NCBI RefSeq assembly: GCF_026210795.1
Contig: NC_089436.1
Coordinates: 2,232,001-2,296,000, forward strand
Reading direction: 5' to 3'
Source: Rhizophagus irregularis
Taxonomy: Eukaryota
Length of the DNA: 64,000 nucleotides
Shown here in pieces: positions 14,230 to 27,399 of the stretch. How positions within the stretch are numbered: the first letter of the stretch is position 1; every line of letters begins with the position of its first letter. The translations under genes and the position numbers were made by a program. The notes beneath the pieces were generated by a model. That model saw only the letters and a program-made list of their open reading frames with translations. It had not been told where the DNA came from and ran no database searches.

Positions 14230-14560
14230 TATATAAAATGCCGAAACTATTTGTTTCAGCGTTTTTTCTTTTGATTTTACATATAAAAATACTGAAACTG
14301 ATAGTTTCAGCATTTTTTATTTTATTTTACATGTAAAAATGCTGGAATAATTAGTTCTGGCATTTTTTTTTTAATTTTATATGTAAAAATACTGAAACTA
14401 ATAGCTTCAGCATTTTTTTTTTGATTTTACATGTAAAGGCACCAGAATAATTAGTTTTGGCATTTTTTTTGATTTTACATGTAAAAATACTGAAACTGAT
14501 AGTTTCAGCATTTTTTTTTGATTTTACATGTAAAAATGCCAGAATCATTACAAGTTTTAG
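14230..14560. repeat. ~46-bp tandem minisatellite (x~7), units with an internal palindrome CTGAAACT-GAT-AGTTTCAG
   Basis: Repeating ttttacatgtaaaaatactgaaactgatagtttcagcatttttt. Confidence 0.88.
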
Positions 14561-15833
14561 CGTTATTTAATTTAATTTCGGACCCAAATATATTGTCAGG
14601 TTAATCAGATCGAATCGGGTAACTTGACTATGCACTGATTTAACCTGCGTCGAGGTCATGAATTTGACTGACCTGACCTGAATATTTTAAGTCAATCTGT
14701 CAGGTCATCTGATCTGTCAGGTCAAAGTCACAGAGTCTAACTGCCGATGACAAATCGAGCCATATATCATTAGATTCCTCTCGATAAGATACGTTAAATA
14801 GTAGTAAGATCATGTCTTTAGTATCGATAGATCACAAGTTAACCCATGCTAAATGATTTATAAAAAATTGGAATTATCAAGCTATCTATCAATGCTAAAA
14901 ATATAATTTAGCACTATTTGACACGTCTCAGTAAGATGAATCCAATAAATATTAATTTGTCGATATACAATCACTGGATGGCAAATAATATCAAGTTTCA
15001 CATTTTTTTAAAATTTTTGAGCATTAAAAAATTAAAATTTTGATACATGAATTTATTCATCATTCAATAGTCATGCAAATATGAATTAGGACTTATTGGA
15101 TTCATCTTGACAAGATTTTGTAATGTATGAGATCATCTCTAAGTATCAATAGATAACTTGCTAATTCCAATTTTTAATAAATCATATAGCATGGGTTAAC
15201 TTACGATCTATAGATATTAAAGATATGATTTTACTACCATTCAACGCATCTCATCCAATAAGTCCTAATTCATTGGATGACAAATAAATTCATATATCAG
15301 AATTTTAATTTTTTAATGCTTAAAAATTTTATAAAAATATGAAACTTGATATTATTTGCCATCCAGTGATCGTATATGGACAAATTAATATTTATTGGAT
15401 TCATCTCACTGAGACGTATTGAATGGTACTAAGATCATGTCTCTAGCATTGATAGATAGCTTGATAATTCCAATTTTTTATAAATCATTTAGTGTAAGTT
15501 AACTTGCAATCTATTGATGCTAAAAATATGATCTTACCACTATTCGATATTTCTTGTCAAAAGGAATCCAATAATATATAGCTCGATTTTATATGATTAC
15601 TAAACGGATGGCTATTTGATTTTTCACATTTTTATAAAAATTGGATTAAGTTGAATTGAACTGCCAGTTTTTGAAACTAATCTTTGAGAATCTATTATGC
15701 AAGTTGAAGCTAATTTCCTTATAAAAAGAATAGAAAAAACATCAAAAGATGTTTTTTGATATTTTTAATAGTTTTAAAAAAATTTTTTTAAAACTAATCT
15801 ATAGGATTTAATATCTAACTTCAGAGTTGAATT

Positions 15834-16320
15834 TAAAGCTCTGCATAGGTTGAGTTAAGTCAGGTTATTTGGTTAACTTGAACTGAAAATTTTTTTTTAG
15901 ATCAGATCAGATTGAATAATTGTTCTAACTTGACCTGACTTATTTGACTTGAAAATATTTAAATTACTTTAGTTAACTTAAATAACTTAATTATCCAAAA
16001 TTTTATTATTAAATATTTTAAGTTAAAAAAAATTTTACAATGTTTTTTTATTAATTATACAAAAATGTTAAACTTGACATTTTTAATTAAAAAAACTACT
16101 TTTTTTTTATTTTTGTGAAAAATATTGGGTCTAATGTTTTTAATTAAAAAAAGGTTCTTTTTATCTTTTAGTAAATAAATATCAGGTTTTATATTTTAAT
16201 TAAAAATAATGATTTATTTTATTTTTTTATTAAAAAATATTAGGTCTGACATTTTAATAAAAAAATGATTTTTTTATTTTTTTATAAAAAACATCAGGTC
16301 TGACGTTTTTAATTAAAAAT
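15834..16320 (+). mobile_element. Second 5' end of the hAT-like family, followed by a different ~55-bp tandem array
   Basis: Homologous to 13148-13345; aaaaatatcaggtctgacgttttaattaaaaa units at 16070-16320. Confidence 0.65.
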
Positions 16321-17488
16321 ATTGTATAAAATTATTTTGAAATAATTAAATTTATAATAAAAATACTTTACTTACCCAATTAGGTTTAATATAAGAAGTA
16401 TAAATCAGTTATAACAGTGTTATAACATAATAGGTTTTAATATTTTATGAAATATTTTTTTATGTAAATAACTTTTGAAATGAATAAATGTAAAAGAAAA
16501 AAAGAATTATTGTATTTTACCAGAATTATAAAAAGAATTAATCCTATTATTAAATTATTAACTTAAATTAAAAAAATCTACAGAAACTAATTTAGTATTT
16601 ATGTAAAAATAAAAAAAATATTTAAGCATAATCATCTGTAATTTCATTTATAATAATTGATACTAGTTTACTTTTAAATATAAGTTTAAGTTACGTAAGA
16701 TAGTTTTCAAAAATTTAAAAAATAAAATCTTTTTGTTTTATATGTTTTTGAAAAAAGAATAAGAGAATTCACTTTTTCTAAAAGTATATTAGCAGTAGTA
16801 AACAGTAAAAGTTTAAATTAAATCTTTAATTATTAAATAAATAAATAAAATTTTTAGCAAATCAGTTTGGTTTAATATCTTGTACGAATCAAATTTTTTT
16901 TCTGAAATTCAATTCGATTCAGAATTAATTCAGATTTAATTCAACTCCTAAAAATAATTATCTCAAAATCTTATTATGATTCAAATTTAATGATTTTTTT
17001 TAATTGATAGCTTTCATTGCTCTGATTAAATAAAAAAATCATTAAAATTAAACTAATTAAAAGTTATTTGCAAAATACAGTTTTATCTTTCAGAAGTAAT
17101 TAAGATTACATTATATCACAAATTGATTTGTGTAGAATACTAGTTTGATGATACTTAATATATATAATATTAGTTGATTTAATTAATTAAAAAGTTTATA
17201 TAATTCTAAGGTTTAGTAAAAAAAAAATTTATTTATTAAATAAAGAAACATATTTGCAATATGTTATATTTTCCTTTGTTGATAATAATTTTTATATATT
17301 AGTTATATTAATCATTTTAATTATATGAGATTTTTATTTTTTAAAAAATCCTGGTGTGAGACTTTATACATTTACTATGTACTATAAAAACCTTATACTA
17401 TATATATTTTTGACTATTTTACAAGTTTTTTTAATATATTAAAAAGAATTTAAAATGTTATTTTTGACTTTTATATGTAATATATTAT

Positions 17489-17993
17489 CCCTTAAACTGT
17501 AGGGGTTAAAATTAATTTTAAAAATTTTTGAATTTTTAAAATATCTTAAGATCTAGTAATCATAAAAAGATAAAATTATATTTGTTAGATTCCTCTTATT
17601 AAGACGTATTTAATGGTAATAAAATAATAACTCTAAAATTGATAGATAAAAAGTTATATTAATTTATAAATTTTTAGATTTTATAAGATATTCTATCACA
17701 TAATATTTGTAGAAAAACAATTAATTTTATTTCTATCAGATCCTTCTCATTAAGACACATCAAATGTAGTAATTTTATATTTCTAGGATTAATGGATAAA
17801 AAGATATTTCAATTTGAAAAATTTAGCTACTGTTTGTTATAATTTGTCAATCATTTACTTTTAAAAATCATTAATCAAATTGAACTTTTTTTTTGATTTT
17901 TACTTAGAAAATAATATATTTTAAAATATTTAAAAGTGTCTTTAATTAAAAAATAAAATTGCAGGCAAATTTGGCTGCAAAACAGTTTAAAGG
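17489..17993. mobile_element. Possible piggyBac-like MITE (CCCTT...AAAGG)
   Basis: cccttaaactgt / acagtttaaagg; flanks TTAT and ATAA (degenerate TTAA). Confidence 0.45.
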
Positions 17994-18493
17994 ATAAAGA
18001 TATGAAGGACCCTGGACATTATATATATAACTCATAACTGATCTGCATGAATTTAAATACTTTTTGCTTCTGTTAAAATAGACCTAATTTGCTAAAAATC
18101 AAATTAAGGGATCATTGTACTTTCTCTCCTGTTGGACTCTGCCTATTTTTTCCCAAAAAGACATGGATAAAAAATATGAGGATTTTTTGCCTTGAGTGAT
18201 AGTAAAAGGACTTTTCAACGTTATATGAAATTATTACTGAGGTCTTTAGTTTTACCCAAACTCCTTACGGCTTATATTGAGTTAGAATTATTATTATGAG
18301 TCTTGGAGTTACCAACAATAACGTAAGATGGAACGTTCCCCTGGGCTTTCTGAAAGATTGCAAAGTAGTGCGTCTTAGTTCCTACGTCTTTAAAGTCTAA
18401 CTGGCCAAATGGTTTGTAAGCCAGACCGTTATTTCTTGGAAGAAGCTCCTGACCAACATATTTCTTACTAGTTGATGTTGTTAATGGAAGTAT

Positions 18494-19331
18494 TTAAGTC
18501 GAGTTATATGTAAACTCGATTCGACTCGAATTAAAATTATAAAAAATATAAACTTGACTCGATTCAAGTCGAGTTGGCACGTCAAACTGAATCAAGTTGA
18601 GTCAAATTAAATCACGTAATTTTATTTGGCTATACTGATCATTTCCTTTTTTTGGGAGTCATCTAAAGTCATGTTCGATCATGTGACTTGACATTTTATA
18701 AATAAGCCATTTTTTTATGAACTAAGATTAATGTTAGTGTGAAGGTTATAAAATAAGTGTATTTTGGCCTGCTTTACAAGTTTACTTAGTGAAAAAAAAC
18801 TGGTTTTAAACACTGTTTTTGACTTTACATATGAACGAAGAATCTTTGCCGATCATATCCAAAAATGGATGACGAAAATGAAAAAATTCAAATAAGTCAA
18901 AAACGGTGTTTAAAACCCCATGTTGCGCACTAAGTAAACTTGCACATCAGGCTAAAATACACATATTATGTGTAACTTAAAAGTTTTATGTATTGGCGAA
19001 AAAGTTTTATTTGTGAAAATAAATTTTTACAAGTCACGTGATCGAACATGGCTTTAGACGCCCCCCTTTTTTCGGCGATAGCCATTCCACAAAATTCCAT
19101 TTTTGTAATTTTCAAAAATTTTTTGTCTTGGATTTTGTGTAACATAATTTCCAAAAAAGGAAATTCCATAAATTTGGCTGGAATTATATTTAATTCAGCT
19201 TAACTCAACTCGACTCGATTTTATTAAATTATTAACTCAACTTGAATCGATTTGATTTGATTGCAATTTTCAACTCGACTTGACTCGACTCGACCAACTC
19301 ACGAGTCAACTTGACTCATTTCAGAGCACTA
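18494..19331. mobile_element. hAT-like element remnant with ACTCGA subterminal repeats
   Basis: Right end ...tttcagagcacta; many actcga/tcgagt repeats; absent from the homologous copy near 11965. Confidence 0.65.
18654..19066. mobile_element. MITE family G (GGG...CCC termini, ~37-bp TIR)
   Basis: gggagtcatctaaagtcatgttcgatcatgtgacttg / caagtcacgtgatcgaacatggctttagacgccccc; second copy at 44321-46414. Confidence 0.85.
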
Positions 19332-21191
19332 GGGGTATTAGTCTTCTAAAATAAGAAGACAGAGTTGAGGTGTATGTTTAGTGTTTTTTTTACTCAAATT
19401 TTTCTCATTGCATTTCGAGTTTTCCCGAGGTTTATGTTTTTATTTTTTGCTTTTTGTTTTTCTTGATTTTTTTTCAGCGTGGCTTTATTTTCTTTGAAAG
19501 ATGGGAAAATTTGATCGTCATGATGGCTTGATGTTACTAATTTTTAAAATCAATGATCACTCAGGTGATAAGGGGGTGATAGGTTGGGTACTGCAGTTTT
19601 TATAGTATGCTGATTAAGGTGGTCACATGTTCTTAGGCCGAATAATTGTTTGCAATGAGATGGGTATCCTCTGTTAGGGATCATTTGCAATGAGGTGGGT
19701 ATCCCTTTTTGGGGATTGCACGACACTAAAAAGTTCACAGCGGCTGGGACTACTGTTAAAAAGTTACCCTGAGGTTTTTTTGAAGTAGGTTTGTTATCCA
19801 TAGTATGTAGTTAAATAGGAGAAATTGAATTTTGTTTCTTTTTGATAGCACTAATGGTACTTGGTTTATGGGGTAACTCGATCTTTAAATGTAGCAGGGT
19901 GATTTGCTAGGTACGTATAGTATAGTCGATTCTACCAGATTTGAGATATAATTCGGGGGTAGCCATGGTTATTTATATGAAGAGTGATGGGTTTTAAATC
20001 TTATCTTTTCTATATTTGTAACTTTTTGAAAAATTTATTTGTTCTTGTATTAGTTAGTTCTGCACTTTGTTGTGGTTCTTTCTTGAATACTCGGTATTCT
20101 CTAAAGTAACTGTTGGCAAAAAATAATAAGTGCAAGCTATGTTATAAATAAAAATCAAATTATCACATTTCAAATCTATACTAATTTGCTAAAACTCAAA
20201 ATATGAGTTAATAATCTTTTTTTATTATCAATAAAAAAATAAATGATTAATATAAATTAAACTGCCAATTTTTATAATTAAAATATGTAGATTATAGATA
20301 AAATAATAATTAATAAAAATAATAAATTAAATAAATAATTATTAAAAAATAAAATGTTGCGAAACTAAACGGATGGTTTTTGGCCCGCATTATGCTTAAT
20401 TTTGGCCAAAATATGACCCAGACCCCGAAACTAATATTTTTAAAAATATTATTTATAAAGTTAAAAAAAAAGGATAAGTTAAATTTAAAAAAAAGTACCA
20501 ATTTGCTCAAATATAAAATATGACTTTGTAAAATCAATACAATTTGCTAAAACTCATAATTATGACTATTAATTAATTTTCAATCAATTTGCTTTATCTA
20601 AAATTATGAGTTTAACCTAATTTTGATTGAATTTGCTAAAACTCAAATGTGAGTTATATATGTGATGTCCAGAGTTCTGGATATGATATAATATAAGTGT
20701 AATAAAAAATAAAATCCTTAAACAAATATATATTTTAAAATTAAACCAAAAAACTTTTAATAAAAGTAAAATTAAAAATTATAAAATTAAAAGTTGTTGA
20801 AAAACTTTAATTAAAAAGTTTAAAAATTAAAATTTGTTAAAAAAATAAATCAGTTTAATATTAATGGAAAAAATTATAAAATTTAATTAATTGAAATTAA
20901 AAAGTTTAATTAATTATAACTTAATGAAAATTTAAACTAATTATAAATTTGCAATTTTAATTAATAAAATTTTTTAAAATTTTTAGCAAACTATAAAATT
21001 AAAGAATTTTCAGATATTTATAGAAAAGTGAAAATCCCATTAAATGAAATTCTGCAAAATTGCAGAATTTTGTTAATTTTTTTTAAAAAACTTTTAGTAA
21101 ATTGCAAAATTGAAGAATTTTACAGATTTGCTAAATTTTGCTGGTCTTTATAAATTTGAACTTCCTGATGTATTATTGCATTTTTTTTAAT

Positions 21192-21345
21192 GAGTAAATT
21201 TATTCATCGCACGTGCGATGCATCGCCACTTTCCTTTTTTGTAAATTATTTAGGTTGATCAACCTGCTTATACATCGCCACCCCCTTAAAATGGCAATGA
21301 TAAACATAAAAATTTGCATCGCACGTGCGATAAATAAATTATTTC
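21192..21345. mobile_element. 154-bp Mutator-type MITE (9-bp TSD)
   Basis: TSD TTTTTTAAT; almost identical to 8357-8510. Confidence 0.92.
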
Positions 21346-22155
21346 TTTTTTAATTATATGATTATTATAATAATAATATGATAATTATATTTTTTTATTT
21401 GAAAATTACTATAGTAAAAATTTACTTATCTTTGGCTTATCAATAAAAGGATTGTATATTTCAAGTTAATAATAAAAAGAAAGGAAGGGTAAGTTTATAT
21501 TAAACTGGATATAATAATATAAAAACTAATATATCCAATTAAATAAACAATAATCTTAAAGTTAAACAAAAATATGGATTTGATATAAGTAAGATGTATT
21601 AAATAGGCATTTAATTTAGCTATTTGAATTAATAATTTATTAAAAGTATAAAAGTAGAACTATTTGACCAGCAGGGAAATGGAATTTTTAATTTTTATGC
21701 ATATTGGTAATCCATTACAAATAATAAGACATAAAGACTCAATAACCTAATAAGTATAAGGCATGTAATAAACCTCAAAAAAAGAAATTAAGTGTATTCA
21801 GAATATAACTAATATTACTAATAAAGATTGTAAAGAAGTTGTAATAAGTTAAGAGGAAAAAAAGAAAGAAAGATGTAAAAATTATAATCAAAGCTAGATG
21901 TTCCTTCAACGCCTAAACCAATCCTTCGATTTATGAGCAAAGTATTACTAAATTTTAGAGGTGATCAACTGATCATATATAAATATAGTTATATAGTTTA
22001 TAAATATTTTGTCGGTATAAGAAATTTTTTTTTCAATACTTGATTGGTGAAACATCGTGTCACTCCTTTCGGAGGTGACCGTATATTTATTTAAAAATTT
22101 AGCAAATTTACTAATTTTAATATAATAGTTTTTTTTAGTTTACATATAGTGCTTG

Positions 22156-24620
22156 TTAATAACTGCGGATTTAAAAAAAAAATAATAATATTTAAGTGTG
22201 AAATTATTTTTTTACCGAGCAAGTGAAGAAGCACGATCAGCATGTTGTGGATATCTTCGTTTGAAAGCAATATGAGATCGTGCAGCTTCTGCATACTCCA
22301 GGATACCTTGAAGTTCAGATTCTGTTCGTGCAACTTCTTGGTACCTTTCAAGATATTTTAGTGCTTCCTCCAAGTTTCCTCTAGCAAGTAGAATCTCACT
22401 CATGATCGTGTTTGCAATATCACTTTCTGGCTCAACTTTGAGATTAATAAACACTCATTGTTAGTCCGCTCATTTTATAATAAGTAAATTTAATTATACT
22501 TACTTTCCAATGCTTTACGGCAAAAATCTTCAGCTTGAGCATGGTCATTCTTAACATGGAAACAGAGCATTGCTTTATTAACGAAAGGTAATGCAAAATT
22601 TCCGTTTTGTAATTCAATAGCTTTGTCAAATTGTTCCATGGCTTCATCAACCTTCTTTTGATCAGCAAGGAGTTCACCGTAATAATTATGCATCTCAGCC
22701 GATTTAACAAATTTTTGAAGTCCTAGTCGACAAGTCTTAATTCCTTCTGAAATAGACCCATTTTTATATTGGGCTATCGCAAGTTGAATATACGCATAAA
22801 CAAAATCTGGGTCAAGTTCAATTCTACGCTGATATTCATCAACTGCCTTGTCAAACATACTATTGAGGAAATATACTAAAATTCAAAATGTTTATTAAAG
22901 TTAACATGCTATTATTCGAGTTCAAATCGATAATTATACACATACCTTGTCCTCTGATATTAATATATCAAATAATAAAGGTTAATAAAATTATTTATAA
23001 ATAAACACATAATATATATAGCATGATTTTAAAGTTTAAATTCGAAAAAAACCTGTGATAATATATATCTGGATCATTTTGATCAATTTTAATAGCATCA
23101 TCAAACTCTCGATATGCGTGATCAGCGTTATCTATAAAGTTCATTATAAGTTCATGCTTCATTACAAAAACAAAAAATTTTTATATTACCTTGTTCCATG
23201 TAAATTGTAGCACGCTTTACATATATTTGAACATAATCAGGCTTAATTTCAAGTGCCTTTTTGAAATCTTCCAAAGCACCCTTGGAATCACCCGTTAAAT
23301 AAGTGAAGGTACCTCTCATATTGAGGGCTTCAGCCATATAGGAACATCCAACTTCTATGGCTTTTCCGTACGCATTCATTGCTTCTTCATAACGTTCTTC
23401 ATTCAAAAAATTTTCCGCAGCTTTATAAAATTCATCGCCTTCTTGCTCCTCATCAACCATATAAGGCCGTGCTGGGATAGAGGAAAAAAAAAAAATTTAG
23501 ATAATTAAAGAAATTAAACTCAAAATAATAATTCAAATAAAAACCTTTGCGAAATGCCTCCATATATGAAGATATGAATTTTGTTGACGGGAGTCGTTTT
23601 TTACGATTCTAGTATTTATATAAATTCAAATCACGTTGTTACGTATTAAAAATACACAGAACATACGTTTTTAATTTACCTGAATAATTTCTTGAGCTTT
23701 GATACTAGCAACTTTCTTTAAAAGTCGGTCAATAGATGCTGTAGCGTTCTCATTTCTGAACTCACCGATTATACAAACTGCAGTGAAATCTATTTTAAAA
23801 AATTTTGAAGAGAAATAAAGAAGATTAAGAAACTTATTTTTGTTAAACACGCAAAATAAATGTTTTTTTTTATTTACCATGTAAAGATTCTTCATATTGA
23901 GAGGTTTGTTCATATGCCATAGCGCGTCTATTTAACGCTTTGACATATAGAGGATCCATTTGCAACGCATTATTGCAATCCTCGATAACTTTCGCATATT
24001 CATTTGTGTTATAATAACATGCAGCTCGGTTACTGAAAAATACTGGGTTCTGGCTAAATTCAATCGCTTTCGTATAAAGGGATATAGCTTTTTGATAATT
24101 GTTTTGACCGAACGCTATATTTCCTCGACTTTTGAGTATTTGTGAAGCTGTGACGCGTTTCTTAATAGATAATGTAAGACATTAATAATAATATTTTTTT
24201 TTTTGAAAACATGATTATTTATCATCAAATAACATCTCAATCACCTCCACAGGTAAAGCATCAATTTGTACAGAACTATATTTTTCGAATTCTTCGGCTT
24301 CAGGTTCCTCTTTAGTTCTACCTCCTCTATCTTTTCCTGTAATAAGTTGAAGATCAAGTAGGTTACTTGTATATCAAATTCCAAAATCTAAGGTGATCAA
24401 GCTCTATCAGACTTGTACCAGCGTCTGCATTTCCGGCAGGTCTCGATGATCTTCTTTTAGAACGTGTTTTTGGTTTTGGAGGCTTGGGAGTCCGAAGGTA
24501 ATAGAAGCTAGCTCCTGCCAAAATCAATACCGAGCCAGCAGCAATAATGTAGAACCTATAATCTTTACTTGTGAAATAGCCTTTAACAGGACCTAAAACT
24601 GATGACTTTGGTTCAGACAT
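22156..24620 (-). CDS. TOM70: Mitochondrial import receptor Tom70 (TPR protein), multi-exon; last exon uncertain
   Basis: N-terminal signal-anchor (FYIIAAGSVLILAGASFYY) followed by a basic stretch; TPR exons; DFTAVCIIGEF and ALNMRGTFTYL motifs; C-terminal ARTESELQGILEYAEA typical of Tom70; GT-AG introns. Confidence 0.92.
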
Positions 24621-25094
24621 TGTCTGATTTGACGCGACATTAGAAGTCGTAAGTTTAGACGTTGAAGATTGGCCAACTAGAAAACCATTTTATCATTTTT
24701 TTAACAATCTTGTGTAACATCGATGTGAAAACGTGATGCCGTAATACTGCCACAATAACTTTGTTTCTTAAAAAAAAATTTATTTCATCGAATAATAGTA
24801 GTAAATCTCATGATACTAATTGAAATAAAACAATAAGTAAACTAAGTTGGCAAAAACGAAATCAGTCAAATTAATTTCAGAATAATTTTTTTTTCTCTCC
24901 GCTTAGTCTATTTAAATATTTACAGCAACTTTCAAAGACAATAAAGCATATAAAAGCTAAAGAAATTTTGATTGCAAAAAAAGAAAAATAACAAAAAGAT
25001 AGTAAGATTAGAAACATAGTTTTTGTGTGGTTCAAACCTATAAGAATATATATCCTATGCAAATAAAATGTATTCACAATTCACAATTCACAAT

Positions 25095-27125
25095 TCACAA
25101 TTCAGAAGTTTTATTATTAAAATCTTCTTTTTCATGACTGTTCACTTCTTGATTGTTAGCTGCAGGTGAGGATCCGTTTGTGACGATGTTATCTTTACTT
25201 TCAACTATCTGTTTTCCCTCACTAATTTCTGGTTGAATATCATTAATTTCGTCGACATCCATAGCTGATGGGAGCCTTTCTTTATCTTCCTTCACATTAT
25301 TACTATCGAAATTTTCTTGATTTTTGTTATCAGTTTCTTGTTCACCAGGCAAAGGCTGACTGCTTTCTTCGCTATTAACAGCTTCTCGATTTGGTGATTC
25401 ACCCTCAATTTGAGTAACTGTTTTAGGTGATGTTTCCTCATCAGATCCTTCATGAGTAGGTGCTTCCAACAAGCATTTCCATTTCCTGATTAACTCATTG
25501 CTTCGTTCTATAATTCTTTTCGGGTCTGGATCAATATTTTTTTCGGCAATTTTTCTCATGAGTTTACCAATTTTACTTTCCTAATTAGAACGTCAATTAA
25601 AAATATTAAATAAATTAGAAATAGCTTATCAGTAGGGTTAATCCTTAAGTTACCTTCAATAAAGGAATAGTAATATGAAAATTTTCAACTTCAGTAAACA
25701 CTTCATCAATCTTTTCCGTGTCTAATATCTAGTGGGCAAAAAAAAAGATTTGTAATAATATAAATAAGATATAAAATGAATAAACGGAATTGATAGAAAA
25801 TCTTACCTCAATATCGTCTTTCAAAGTCATTCTCTGAAGTCTATGTCTCAAATGAAGTAATTTATCACTAGGTGTTCCTATTATTAAAAAAAAAATATCA
25901 TAAATCATAGAAACAAATATGAATATATTATTGCATGTACGTACTCGACTGTCGCGATTTAGACGAACGATGATGACTTTCAGATTCCATTCTACTTGAC
26001 TTGCTTTCAAAACCTGCATCATCATCCTTATTATATTTATTTTCGTCCTTGTCATTTACATCACCTTCAGGTGATTCATTATCAGATTTGACCGGTGATT
26101 TTGAACCCTCTTTTTTAATAATCTGCCGACGTTCCTAAAATTTAAATTTTTCAAAATTTAAATTTAACGAAATAGATAGAATTATTTTTATATCATCAAT
26201 GTCATACCTTCTTCCCATTATCCAAATCCATTTTCTCCTCTTCATCATCAGTATAGTCTATTTTTCTATGTTTACGCTTAGAAGCTTTTTCTAAAGCAGA
26301 ACCTTCGCTGGCTCTGCGCTTCTTTCCACTTTTTCCGCCATGATCCACATCATCCTCATCTTCTGATGAATAACTACGATACTTTTTCTTTTGACTTAAT
26401 GATGATGTTCTACGATGTTCTGAACTTTTAATTGATGTGGGTTTTCTATTTTTCTTATTTCCTTTATTACGACTCTTTGATTTTTTTGTATATTCTCCCT
26501 CTTCTTCGTCCTCATTTTCAAAAGATTCACTTGATTTCTTACTTTCATTTTCTAATTCCACATCAGATTCTGATTCTACATCATCATCGGCACCTTCTTC
26601 ATCCATAGGGTCATCAAAGGATGAAGATGAAGGATCTAAAGCTTCACGAATAGATCTTTCCAACAATTTGTCATGTTTCTTATTTTTCATTTTTTGCAAT
26701 GTCAATTCAGCATCTTTCTTATCAAATGGTTTAATATCGTTGCTCCCAAACCAGCCACTATCATTATTAGAAGATATAATATGAGTGTTAATTTCAATAA
26801 GACTAAAATATTCATTAAGAACTCAAAGAAAGATTTTTTGAGAAACGTACTAATCCTTAGATCCGAAAAATCTAACACTGATTATTGGTTTAGGTGTTTT
26901 CGGTTTTTTAGAAATAACTGTGGAAGGTAATGACTCTTCGACTTCAACCTATCAAATGAAATAAAAAAAAAGTGAAGTATACTTGTAAAAGTAAATTTAC
27001 TAAAACGCGAATCGTGTAGACACTCGCGCCGCGAAAAGTAAAAGCAGCAAAATACTTGCTCGTGCTGGCCACCAAGGATATCCCTTAAGTTTTGCGTAAA
27101 CTACCGTACCAGGAGAATATGACAT
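25095..27125 (-). CDS. PWWP-domain chromatin protein with an acidic/basic linker and a C-terminal TFIIS-N/LEDGF-IBD-like helical domain
   Basis: Spliced N-terminus MSYSPGTVVYAKLKGYPWWPAR|VEVEE...VRFFGSKDYGWF; C-terminal LLHLRHRLQR...ITIPLLK|ESKIGKLMRKI...SNELIRKWK. Confidence 0.88.
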
Positions 27126-27399
27126 GTTGGATCGTTCCTAAAGTATACCTTATGTTAAAAAGTCGATCCGTATTAAGCAGAAGTGTAAACTAATTTTTTC
27201 CCTTTAAAAGTTTACGTATAATTATTGGGTCAAGGGAAAATAACGATTTCGAAACAAAAGCGGGAGCGATACACAACACAGACTAAAGTTGGCGAAGTTC
27301 TTGCACCAAAGAAATTTTTTGAGGAAAGAAAATCACATGACAAGAAAGTTTTAATAACCAATAATCTTTCACTTGATCTTTCAAGTTATTTACAAGCAC

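Larger units (their letters stand above)
13148..14739. mobile_element. hAT-like non-autonomous element (TAGAG...CTA) with GTCAG/CTGAC subterminal repeats
   Basis: tagagctctgca ... cacagagtcta; a second 5' copy lies at 15834-16050; no clean TSD. Confidence 0.65.
12971..15672. mobile_element. Large palindromic non-autonomous element; arms 13073-13146 plus 14752-15100 versus 15258-15672
   Basis: Long reverse-complement match across the arms; left arm interrupted by 13148-14739; outer ends uncertain. Confidence 0.65.
18107..20148 (+). mobile_element. 5'-truncated non-LTR retroelement 3' segment with a 14-bp TSD
   Basis: TSD TAAAAATCAAATTA at 18093-18106 and 20149-20162; homologous to 10300-10422 plus 11694-12835. 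Confidence 0.82.
18006..20678. mobile_element. Family A TIR element (8-bp TSD) with a nested retroposed insert
   Basis: aggaccctggacat ... atgtccagagttct; TSD AGATATGA/GGATATGA; homologous to 6341-7543. Confidence 0.88.

Noticed and set aside
14230..14560. CRISPR-like array of palindromic repeats
   Set aside because: Units are contiguous with no unique spacers, there are no cas genes, and the context is a eukaryotic TE.
26437..26930. Plus-strand ORFs of 115 and 85 aa
   Set aside because: Antisense to the PWWP gene exons.
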